Shown: in pieces, positions 24,890-35,491 of the stretch
Layout: each line of letters starts with the position of its first letter
Numbering within the stretch: the stretch's first letter is position 1
DNA from: Squalus acanthias
Lineage: Eukaryota
Length of the DNA: 64,000 nt
Direction: 5' to 3'
Assembly: GCA_030390025.1 (NCBI GenBank)
Contig: CM059432.1
Span: 63,800,001-63,864,000, forward strand
Position numbers and translations under genes: made by a program
Notes under the pieces: model-generated
Seen by the model: the letters and a program-made list of their open reading frames with translations, nothing else
The model's database searches: none
What the model was told of the DNA's origin: nothing

Positions 24890-26742
24890 GTGCCTATCTT
24901 CCATGTGCCTTTGCCTCTCCTAGTGCTCCTACGAGGTGCTTCCCCAGTGGCTGCAGCAAGGGTGGTGGAAGGCTGTTGACCTTCAGTTGAGAAGACTACA
25001 GATGGCCTTGGAGGGTGACCTCGAGCAGCTCTGGGCCTAGAAGGCCTGGCTTCAGACTACACCATATGCCTGGGCTGCAGCAGTCTGGGCTGGCTGGTTG
25101 ACAGGCAACAGCAAGGGCACTGATATAGTGGCAGGGGTGGAAGCAGGAATGATGTCAGCCTGAGAGAGGACAGCAGGTTCGTACTCCATGGGAGCCACTG
25201 CCACTCTCCCAGAGCAGCGCCTCAGCAATCCTACTGATCTGTTGGAGAACAGATTGATGGACTGCTGTGATGCCCTGGAAGCTCCTGTGAACAGTGGTAA
25301 CCAAAGCCATGATGGCAGCAGTCTGAGCTTCCACTGCAGCACTCAGACCTTTGATGAAAGGTGTTTGTGCTGCAATGCAAGCTGTGACATTGGCCATCAG
25401 ATGCTGCTGCATGGTGGGTTCCACAAGTGTGCTGATGTAGCTCTGTGAAAAGCCTTGTGCCAAGTTGGTGCTGGACTCCTCCATGCTCCCTAACAATGAG
25501 CGCAGGCTTTCTGGCAGGGTTTGCAGTGCACAAAACATTTGGTTATGCACACCCATCAGCCTTCTTCTGTATCCTGGCCCATCAATATCCTCATCTGACC
25601 CCTCTGCAGCAGAACTAGTAAGCGACCTCGCCCTCCAGTGAGCTGGCACCTGCACTATCCTTTCCCCCTGCCCTGGCTCCTGCGCACTTGTGCCCAGTGT
25701 CTCACCACTTGCAGATCCGTCCTCTATCCTAGCCTCTATAATACGCACAGTGTCAGTCTCTGAGTTGGTGCTGTATGTGTAGGATCCAGTGACGGTGTCT
25801 CTTCATCTTCACTATCTTCTTCCTCTTCCTCCACTGACTGTGAAGGCTCCAGTTTTGGGGTATCTGAAATGAAAAATGGACAAGGGTTGGGTTGTGGTGA
25901 GGGGAGAGGAGAAAGTAAGGAGTGCTTGCTTACACCATTTGCAGCTTCTAAGTTAGAAGAGATTGAGGGAAGAGGGAGAAGTGGGATGAGAGAGGGAGGA
26001 TTAGATATGTGAATACCCTCATCATCAATCGCTTCAATGCCACCAGTGGCCACGGCCTCAGCGATACCCCTTCCCATGATGGCCAGCACTGTCTCCTCCA
26101 TGGGGGTTAAAACATGCAGGTGCGCTTGTCCTCCTCCAATTCTTTGCTGCTGCCTCCTGTTATGTGCCACCTTCCCCTGCAAGGAAGAGTAAAGTGTGTG
26201 TCTTGCAATATGTTTGGGTGATGTGGCTGTCTTGGTTGAATAGCTGCCAGTGTGAGCTGTGATTTGTGGGTGTGAGGCTTGCAACTAAGTGTGTGAGGGT
26301 GAGGTAAAATGTGTGAGGGTGAGTGCTAGGTGTGTGAGGGTGAGGTAAAGCATATGAATTTTAGGGTTGAGTCATGATTGATAGAGATTGCTGGTAGGTG
26401 GGTGATGGGGGTGTAGTGAATTGAGCAGTGGATGAGGCGAGTGGTGCAGTTGGTAGGATATGCCATTTGAAGATGAACTAACTCACCTTGACAACTCATG
26501 TAAGATCATTAAACTTCTTCCTGAACTGAATCCATGTTCTTGGAGCTACACTCCTGCCATTGACCTCCACCACTACTTCTTTCCCAATGTCTCCTGAGCA
26601 TGTGTCTGCAGGGGCTCCTGCCCCCCCCGCCCCCCGCCACCTGCGGATACAGGACATCTCACCTCCTTTCCACCTCTTCCACTAAGGCCTCCAATGTATT
26701 ATTGGTAAACCTTGGTGCACGATCCCTCACATGTTCAGCCAT
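24890..26742 (-). pseudogene. Harbinger Myb/SANT-like DNA-binding gene (3 exons), decayed
   Basis: MAEHVRDRAPRFT..LEALVEEVERR, IQFRKKFNDL, then acidic and coiled-coil-like exons (ORFs 25736..26284, 25155..25748). Confidence 0.82.
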
Positions 26743-27167
26743 TCTTCAATCTTTTACAGCACAGTTTCAGTTCACAAAGGACTCCCACCACTTCTTGCAG
26801 CCACAATGCACCTCCCCTTTAAGAGTTGCAGGCTGCCTTTAAGTTGCGCTAGGCACTTGCGATATCGGGCCCCCTGCTGATGCGTGCAGCCAGTGAACAG
26901 TACGGGTAGCGCTGGCTGCACGCAACAATCTTGTAAAACAGCAGGCATCACGAATTTACTGTGTTGCCTGCAATACAATGAACGGGCGCGGGTTAATCGC
27001 ACAATATGATCCCTGTGGCCGTTTTCAGATCTTATCCAATTTAACCTCCATGGTTCCCAAAGCCCTCCACCACTGGGATTTTCTTCACGCATACCTGGGT
27101 CTGTTGTAGACTAATTGATAGCAATTGATTGCTATGATTAGTCAACAACTGTATTATCATTGTATCA

Positions 27168-28856
27168 TAGATACATAGATACATAGAAGATAGGAGCAGG
27201 AGTAGGCCATCCGGCCCTTCGAGCCTGCTCCGCCATTTAATGAGATCATGGCTGATCCTCCAATTCAGTATCCCGTCCCCGCCTTCTCTCCGTAACCCTT
27301 AACCCCTTTTGCCTGTAGAAATATATCTAATTCCCTCTTAAATATATTTAATGAGCTGGCGTACACTGCCCTCTGTGGCAATGAGTTCCACAGGTTCACC
27401 ACCCTCTGAGTGAAGAAATTCCCCCTCATTTCTGTCCTAAATGGTTTAGCCCTTATCCTTAAATTATGTCCTCTAGTTCTGTTCTCACCCGCCAAGGGAA
27501 ACATTCCTTCTGCATCTAGTCTGTCTAGACCTGTCAGAATTTTATACACTTCTATGAGGTCCCCTCTCAATCTTCTAAACTCCAGTGTGTACATCCCTAA
27601 ACTACATAGTCTCTCCTCATAGGTCAATCCCGCCATTCCTGGTATCAGCCTGGTGAATCGCTGCTGCACCCCCTCCATGGCAAGAACATCTTTCCTCAGA
27701 TGAGGCGACCAAAACTGTACACAGTACTCGAGCTGTGGTCTCACCAGTGCCCTGTACAGCTGCAGCAAGGTATCCCTGTTCCTGTATTCCAACCCTTTTG
27801 CTATGAAGGCCAGCATACCGTTTGCCTTCTTGATCGCCTGTTGCACCTGCATGCTCGCCTTCAGTGACTGGTGTACAAGAACACCCAGGTCTCTCTGTAC
27901 TTCCCCCTCTCCCAATTTATTGCCATTTAAATAATAATTTGCCCTCCCGTTCCTGCACCCAAGGTGGATAACTTCGCACTTGTCCACATTATAGTGCATC
28001 TGCCATTTATCCGCCCAATCACCCAGTCTGTCCAAATCGCTCTGGAGCTTCCTGGTCTCCTCCTCTGAGCCCACCCCTCCTCCTAGTTTAGTGTCGTCTG
28101 CAAATTTGGAAATGCTGCATCCGACTCCCTGATCCAGGTCATTAATGTAAATTGTGAACAGCTGGGGACCCAGGACAGATCCCTGTGGTACCCCACTTGT
28201 TACTGCCAGCCATTCAGAAAATGAGCCGTTTATTCCAACTCTCTGTTTTCTATCTGACAGCCAGTTCTCTATCCACGTCAATACTTTCCCCTTTATCCCA
28301 TGAGCTTCAATTTTCCCTGCTAATCTTTTATGTGGGACCTTATCGAAGGCCTTTTGGAAGTCCAGGTACACCACATCTACTGGCTCTCCCCCATCTATTT
28401 TATCAGTTACTCCCTCAAAAAATTCCAATAGATTAGTCAAGCACGATTTACCCTTTGTAAATCCATGTTGACTCTGTCCTATCCTGTCCCCATTTGCTAA
28501 GTGCTCCGCTATTTCATCCTTAATGATGGACTCCAGCATTTTGCCCACAACTGATGTAAGGCTTACAGGTCTGTAATTACCTGCTTTTTCCCTACCCCCC
28601 TTTTTGAATAGTGGGGTAACGTTAGCTACCCTCCAATCCATGGGCACTGTTCCCGAGTCTAATGAATTCTGAAAAATCATACTTAGTGCATCCGCTATCT
28701 CAAGGGCCACCTCCTTCAGCACCCTAGGATGCATGTTATCAGGCCCTGGGGATTTGTCCGCCTTCAATCCCTTTAGCTTCCTTAACACCATATCCTTAGA
28801 GATATTGACTTGCGTCAGTTCCTCCTTTGCAAATGTCCCTATTTTTCCCGATATCC
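27168..28856 (-). mobile_element. Young 5'-truncated CR1
   Basis: Uninterrupted RT ORF, 8-bp tail repeats (catagata), TATCAT at both junctions. It sits within another LINE 3' UTR remnant. Confidence 0.95.
27265..28791 (-). CDS. CR1 ORF2 reverse transcriptase, 508-aa open C-terminal part (5'-truncated, probably not expressed)
   Basis: [50 protein letters not shown]. Confidence 0.9.
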   Translation of the reverse strand: MVLRKLKGLKADKSPGPDNMHPRVLKEVALEIADALSMIFQNSLDSGTVPMDWRVANVTPLFKKGGREKAGNYRPVSLTSVVGKMLESIIKDEIAEHLANGDRIGQSQHGFTKGKSCLTNLLEFFEGVTDKIDGGEPVDVVYLDFQKAFDKVPHKRLAGKIEAHGIKGKVLTWIENWLSDRKQRVGINGSFSEWLAVTSGVPQGSVLGPQLFTIYINDLDQGVGCSISKFADDTKLGGGVGSEEETRKLQSDLDRLGDWADKWQMHYNVDKCEVIHLGCRNGRANYYLNGNKLGEGEVQRDLGVLVHQSLKASMQVQQAIKKANGMLAFIAKGLEYRNRDTLLQLYRALVRPQLEYCVQFWSPHLRKDVLAMEGVQQRFTRLIPGMAGLTYEERLCSLGMYTLEFRRLRGDLIEVYKILTGLDRLDAEGMFPLAGENRTRGHNLRIRAKPFRTEMRGNFFTQRVVNLWNSLPQRAVYASSLNIFKRELDIFLQAKGVKGYGEKAGTGY

Positions 28857-28944
28857 CATATCATGTGACTACAAAGGCGGTAGAAAGCGAACTAGATGAA
28901 CTTTGATCTTTTATCGTCTAGCAATTCCTATGTTCCTAGAATTG

Positions 28945-29717
28945 TGGCAGGTGGAGTTCAATGTGGAGAGTGTGATCCATGAAAGACAAATCAGAATATT
29001 TTCTTAATGGCGAGAGATTAGGAACTGTGGAGGAGAATTGGGGTTTAGGTGTTCATGTACACAAATCACTAAAAGCTGGTACACAGGTACAAAAAGTAAT
29101 CAAAAAGGCAAATGGAATGTTGGCCTTTATCTCAAGGGAGTTGGAATACAAAGGGGAGGAACTTATGCTTCAGTTGTACAGTCTTGGTCAGACCCCATCT
29201 GGAATACCGCCTTCAGTTTTGGGCACTGCATCTCAGGAAGGACATACAGTATTGGCCTTTGGGGTTGGGTACAGCACAGATTCACCAAAATGATACTAGG
29301 GCTTAAAGGTTTAAATTATGAGGACAGGTTGCATAAACTTGACTAGTATTCCCTTGAGTTTAGAAGGTTGAAGGTTGATCTCGTTGAGGTGTTTAAAATG
29401 ATTCAATAGAGTAGATACCGAGAAGGTATTTCCTCTGGTGAGGGAATCCAGACAAAGGGGCAAAATCTTAAAGTTAGAGCTCGGGCACTCAGGAGTGAAA
29501 TCAGGAAGCACCTTTACACAAAAAACGTGGTGGAAATCTGGAATTCCCTCCCACAATAGGCTGTGGATGCTGGGTCAATTGAAACTTTCAAGACAGATTT
29601 TTATTAGGTAAGGGTGTCAAGGGATATGGATCAAAGGCAGGTAAATGGAGTTGTGGTACAGATCAGACATGATCTAATTGAATAGTGGAACAGCCTAGTC
29701 CTGTTCTTGTGTTCCTG
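28945..29717 (+). mobile_element. Decayed CR1 3' fragment
   Basis: KKANGMLAFISR, LVRPHLEY, and a CR1-type 3' UTR. Confidence 0.85.
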
Positions 29718-29850
29718 TAGTCTTTCACAATCCTCTTCACGGTTTGCCATATCTCCCAATTTGGCAGAATCAGAAAGTTTTAATATTGTTCCTTATTTCC
29801 TGTGTCCAGATCATTTAATAATGTGGTAAATAAGAGTGGCTCGAACAAAG

Positions 29851-30298
29851 ACATAAGAACATAAGATGTAGGAGCAGGAGTAGGTCATTTGGCCCCTCGA
29901 GCCTGCTCCTCCATTCAATAAGATCATGGCTGATCTGATCTTGGCCTCAACTCCACTTCCCTGCCCGCTCCCCATAATCCTTGGCTCCCTTACCTTTCAA
30001 AAATCTGTCAATCTTCACCTCAATGACCCAGCCTCCACAGCTCTCTGGGGAAGAGAATTCCAAAGATTCACGACCCTCTGAGAAAATAAATTCCTCCTCA
30101 TCTCCGATTTAAATGGGTGCCCCCTTATTCTGAAATTATGCCCCCTAGTTCTAGATTCCCCCACGAGGGGAAACATCCTCTCTGCATCTACCCTGTCAAG
30201 CCCCTTCAGAATCTTATGTGTTTCAATAAGATCCCCTCTCATTCTTCTAAACTCCATTGAGTATAGGCCCAACATGCTCAACCTTTCTTCATAAGACA
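29851..30298 (-). mobile_element. CR1 3' fragment
   Basis: ORF 30015..30302 (SYEERLS...RRMRGDLIE...VNLWNSLP) and acataaga tail repeats. Confidence 0.9.
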
Positions 30299-30556
30299 CC
30301 ACTCACTATATTCTTCCAAACTGAGAAACCTTCTTTAAAACCTATCTTTGTTTTCTGTCCTCCAACCATCTCTCTATCTGTGTGACCACATTCCCTTTAC
30401 TGCCATGTGCCATTATCTTGGCCATAAATCTCTTATGTCATACCTTAGTAAATGCTTTCTGAAAATCCATAAACATTGCATTTCCTTTGTCTGCTTTCTC
30501 TGTTACTTCTTCAAACAATACTACAAGGTTAGTGATTCCCAACCTATGCTAACTGG

Positions 30557-30675
30557 AATAACAACAGAAAACGCTGGAAAAACTCAGCAGGCCAGGCAGC
30601 ATCCGTGGAGAGAGAAAGAGAGTTAACGTTTCAGGTCGATGACCTTTCGTCAGAACTGTGAAGAGCCGGAAATCA
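30557..30675 (-). mobile_element. 119-bp hammerhead-containing Penelope-derived mini element
   Basis: 11-bp TSD ATGCTAACTGG (30546-56, 30676-86), contains an intact HHR core. Confidence 0.85.
30621..30657 (-). ncRNA. Minimal type I hammerhead ribozyme
   Basis: Minus strand reads AGTT-CTGACGA-A-AGGTC-ATC-GACCT-GAAA-CGTT-AACT. Confidence 0.88.
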
Positions 30676-31784
30676 ATGCTAACTGGTCCTGATTAACTCA
30701 TGTTTCTCCAAGACTTCAATAATTTAATACTTTCATTCCATATTATAATGTTATTCTATATTGTCACAGGGTTTATCTCTGAACTATACTGCTGGACCAA
30801 AAATGTAGTCCCATCACCACATTAGACAGTTGAATGGGATGACCATAGCTTGGTCAGGGAAACAGGCTTTACAAATGTAAGCCATTTCTGAAAGGTTTTG
30901 CTCACTCCATAGCTGGATTAAAGAACTTGTCATCAATGATACTGGTTAAGTGGTTTGTTCGCTGCTCAGGAAATGTTCAAAAATCATTATTACAGTTGTC
31001 TTATGATTGACCAATTTTCTGTCATTTCCCCTACTGAATCATGCTGCACAAAATCACCAATAGCAAAATCAGGTGTCCTTGCCATTTGATTGCTGATCAT
31101 TAAAATCTATGAAATAGGTTAACCTTTTAAAAAAAAAATGACCCTTCATGAGGAACATTTAACCAAATTAATAATATAAACCTAACATTTTCCGTAGTCT
31201 AAAGGATAACTAACTCCATATTTACCAGATTGTGTGATCTGTAGATTTATATAACATTAATTTTCCAAGCAACATGTTATATAACAATTTATATAACATT
31301 CATTTTCCTTTGTCTGTGGAACCACTTCAGCAAGTTGGATCTGTCCTGGATAGTTAACTTTCCATTGAATGACTTAAGATAATGAAACAAAGGCATCTAT
31401 TTATCCCCCTCCCTCCCGATCCACCACCACTGAAAGAAGAAGCAGGAGCGTTGGACAATTTCTAAAGACACTGTCAGCGCTATGTAAAAATTGATTATTA
31501 CTTACATTATCCAGTTCTGTTAGATGCCCAAATATTTTACTCCTATTTACAGGGGAGGGAACGATATCTAAGGAAGATAGAACCCCTACACATTGCTATT
31601 ACCTGAGGTTAATTTTATGAATTGAATTACAGCCTGATTTTCAAATGATTGTCAAAAAAGGCCAGGGTGAGTAGTCAAGATCCATCAATGACACTTCCCA
31701 TGCTAATGTAAAATTGAACAGCATACTGGGGCCCACCTTTAGTTGACGGAGACTCCAAATCAAACACAAACAGAAATAATGATA

Positions 31785-31966
31785 TAGAATCATAGCATCA
31801 TAGAATAATACAGCACTGAAGCAGGCTATTTAGCCGGTCAGGCCTGTGCCGGCTCTTTGAAAGTCCCACTCACCTGCTTTTTCTCTTCAAGTATTTATCC
31901 AATTCTCTTTTGAAAGTTATTATTGAATCTGCGTCCACCACGCTTTCAGGCAGTGCATTCCAGATC
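31785..31966 (-). mobile_element. Short CR1 3' fragment (same subfamily as 1-3575)
   Basis: IWNALPESVVDADSIITFKRELDKYL and (catagaat)n tail. Confidence 0.85.
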
Positions 31967-33739
31967 AGATGGGTCGCTTCTGCCTGTGCTGCAACGGAAG
32001 CTGCGAAATTGCCCATCACACACAGCATCATGGTTGGATCCACAAGGTCTCTCATGGAGTTGCCCATCATTTCTATCCTGGAAATCACAGGGTCCAATCT
32101 CCACGCAAAGCCCCGTGCAATGTTGGAGCTGGACTCCTCCATGCTCCTTGACACTGACAAGAGGCTCTCTGGCAGGTTTGCCATAGCACAAAGCATTTCT
32201 GTGTGCATGCCCATCACCCTTCTTTGGAAGCCCGCCCCGTCGAGGCCATCATCTGAGTCCTGTGCAGCAGAACTCTTGTGCGAACTCGCCCTCCGGGGAG
32301 CTGGCACTCGAGCTACCCTTTCCCCCTGACCTTACTGCAGCCCACTCGTGTCCAGTAACTCACCACGTGCAGATCCCACCATTTTCTGAGCTGGTGCCTG
32401 CGAATGTCAGATGCAGTGAGGCTGTGTCTTCTTCTTCTTCACTCTCCTCCTCCATCACTTCGGAGACTGGCTGTGCTGGTGGGGCTTCTTGGGTATCTGA
32501 AAGGAGAAAGGCCCAAGAGTCAGGTTGTGGTGAGGGGAGGGGGGGAAGCAAGATATCCATGCATACACCATCAGCAGCTTGTAAATGAGAAGAGATTGTG
32601 GAATGAGGGAGAAGTGGGATGTGAGAAGAAGGATTAGGTATCAGCACACCGTCATCATCAGCAATGCTTTCAACTTTGTCACTCGCCATGGACTCTGTGA
32701 CGGCCCTCCAATAATCTCCAGCACAGTGTCCTCCAGCTCTGTCAGTTCTGCAGATGGGCTTCCCTCCACCTGTCTGCTGCTGCTCCCAGTGGTTATGCCA
32801 CCTTTGCCTGCAAGAGAAAGGGAAGTGTGTCAGTGAGTGTGGTGCAATGTGCTGGGTGATGTGTCTGCCATGGTTGAATAGCTGGCAGTGTGTGCAAGGT
32901 GTGAGATGTGGGTGTGAGTCTTGCAGCAGTGGTAAGTGTGTGAGGGTGAGGTGACACTATGAATGTGAGGTATGTGTGGTGATTGCTAGAGATTGTTGGT
33001 AGGTGAGTGATGGGGGTGTGGTGCATTGAGCAGTGTGTGATGTTAGTGGTGCAGATGGTGAGATATGGCATTTGAAGAGGCATTCACTCACCTTGACCAC
33101 TAACGTGAGGTCATTAAACTTCTTGCGGCACTGGATCCAGATCCTTGGGACAACGGTCGTCGCACTGACGGCTTCAGCTATCTCCTCCCACAGGCTTCTA
33201 CTCTTCTGCTTTAAAGTCCTTTTGCCCCCGCCCCGCGGGTAGAGGACCTGACAGCATCTTTGTTGATTTCAAAAAAACCCTGTACAATAGCAAAATGCTG
33301 GAAGCCTGTTTGGCCCAGTGGTAAGGGCATGATACAGTTAAACCTAGAAGCACAGACACACCTGTGAGTTTTAAGTTAACTTTGATTTAACGGTGAATAG
33401 GTGATTTAACTTTGGACAATGAGACTTCGTGTTTTAATGGGTTTCGATGGATCTTCAATGGATAAGACAATGATACCAGTTTTGCTGGAACAATGGACTT
33501 CCTGGCCTCAATGGAAAATACTTTAACCTTGGGCAAAGCACATCAGCAGTAAGACTAAATCACATTAAATATGTACCACAGTGAGGGGGGAGACAAGATA
33601 AGGAATTATCTTCCATCCCTCAGCCCTGTACATATCTTGTGGTTTGGATTACCAGGTGTGTATTGGAAAACAAGAGTTGGGGGAAGGCCCAGACTCGAAA
33701 AAGGCGTGACGGAAGAGCTGTAAAAAGGAACCACACCAC

Positions 33740-33772
<33 letters not shown>

Positions 33773-34525
33773 AAGCTAGCTCTGACTACAGCAACTGCCA
33801 GGTGTAAGAAGGAAGGGAAGATGGTCATCTCCAGCTCCCAGCCTGCAATCGACGTCGGCCACGACCAGCCGGACGGGTGATTGTAAGTATCAGTTGACTA
33901 CAAGGGGTTTGCGCTGTGTAGGCAGCTGCAGTCACATAAAGGAGGACGGGGACAGGTCACCTCCGATCCAGGCCTACAATCCACAATGGTAACGATCGGC
34001 CGTATGGGTGATTGTAAGTTCCAGCCAAATCTCAACAGGTTTTTGTCTGTGTTTTGTTGGTTTTAATAAACTAACAGTTTTGGGTTGAACCTAAACCTTT
34101 GTGTCGTCTACCATTTTGTTCCTGTAAAACCCAGAGTCAAAGAACCCTTGTAAGGACGAGGAAACCAAACACCTTACATCTTTGAACCCCCAGGACCAAG
34201 GTCTCCAGTGCCAAATCGGAAAATCTCCTCACCCTCTCTCTTGGCTGCTGGGCAATGGCTCTCTCCACAATGACAATGAGGTGCTTCTGCAACAAAGCAT
34301 CCCCCCCTTTAAATAGTGCAGAGAGCCTAGGCCAAACTGTATTGCATCCGTTATTGACCCCCCTGTTCAGCCCTAATCCAATCAGCAGCGCGTTTACCCT
34401 GTAATCAAAGAAATGAACAGGCAACACGAATTTTGCATGGTGCCTGCACCACTTTGAATTGGCGCGGGCACATCTCGCTTCACTCTGCCAGCACCCATTT
34501 TCGGGCCTTATCCAATTTCTAGGCC
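31967..34525 (-). mobile_element. Partial Harbinger: Myb/SANT gene side plus one terminus, split by a solo LTR
   Basis: RFSDLALETLVLGVQRC|CQVLYP across the LTR, WIQCRKKFNDLT, terminus ccaatttctaggcc matching the 59552 terminus. Confidence 0.85.
33261..34178 (+). mobile_element. Solo LTR, 918 bp
   Basis: TGT...ACA termini, 4-bp TSD TCTT (33257-60, 34179-82), (CT)n ~33742-70, AATAAA ~34065. Removal restores the Myb exon 1 frame. Confidence 0.88.
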
Positions 34526-35491
34526 ATAGATATTATCCATTCCTAATAAAAAATCAGATCACTTTTACTTTATGGATAACAAACTGGAGTATGCTGGAAG
34601 CCTGCACAAAGTGAATGAAAACCCTATTCATGTAGGTCTCAGAGTGAAAAGTGAATCAGCATTACAGGCGACAGGGGATAGAATTTCAGAGATGTTTCGA
34701 TGACCATGTAACACAGGAGAGTTCAGTACTTGAAGCACAGAGATGTAGGAAAGTCTGCACTTCAGTCAACATAACCCGGAGCTGCAAATCCATGTACTTC
34801 ATGTTTCCATCCATGGGTTACAAATCTATAACTTATTCAATTTTTGATCGTTTTTTTCATTGTTCCTTTCTAAATGAAGAGCTGAGTCATTAAGAACTGT
34901 GCAGCACATGACCGTTGTGAAGCTGGTACTCCGAAGAGGCTTTTGGCAATATCAGAATAAGGAACATCAAAATATTGTAATAAGCAATTGACAATTTAGA
35001 TTTAGATTCTGTAAACCTCACATGAACAAACTACTTCATAATTGGTTACATGAAATAAATTGCAAAACACGGAGTTACATTCCTGTGGGGCAGTTGAAGA
35101 AATTAGGTGCAACAGGACAAGAAATTGTTTGAACGTATCCATTATTAATTTTGCTCAAAGGCTCTGAATATGTTAAGCTGTTTAAACCAGACAATTCATC
35201 TAGTTCACTATTTTATTTAAAATACTTCTTCCCAGCCATTAGCTATACCCATTACTACCTTTGTATATATATTCTTCCCTATAAACTTTTATAATTTAAA
35301 ATAACAACTTTACAGCTCAAATGAAACATCAGGCACTGTATCATTTTTATAGCAGCAGTTTGTCCACAGTAGAATTCATATTTTAATAATACATAAAACT
35401 TCTCATTCTGGTCCAGTATTCTGGCGTTTCAGCTTAAGATCCCATCTTAGCCACCTCGGAGGCTCTTTCACGTCTAAAGGAGCCGGCAAAA

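Larger units (their letters stand above)
17259..27049. mobile_element. Decayed two-gene Harbinger transposon carrying nested LINE, LTR and MITE
   Basis: HARBI1-like gene on + and Myb-like gene on -, convergent. Right end cttatccaatttaacctcc. Left end only tentatively placed. Confidence 0.8.
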
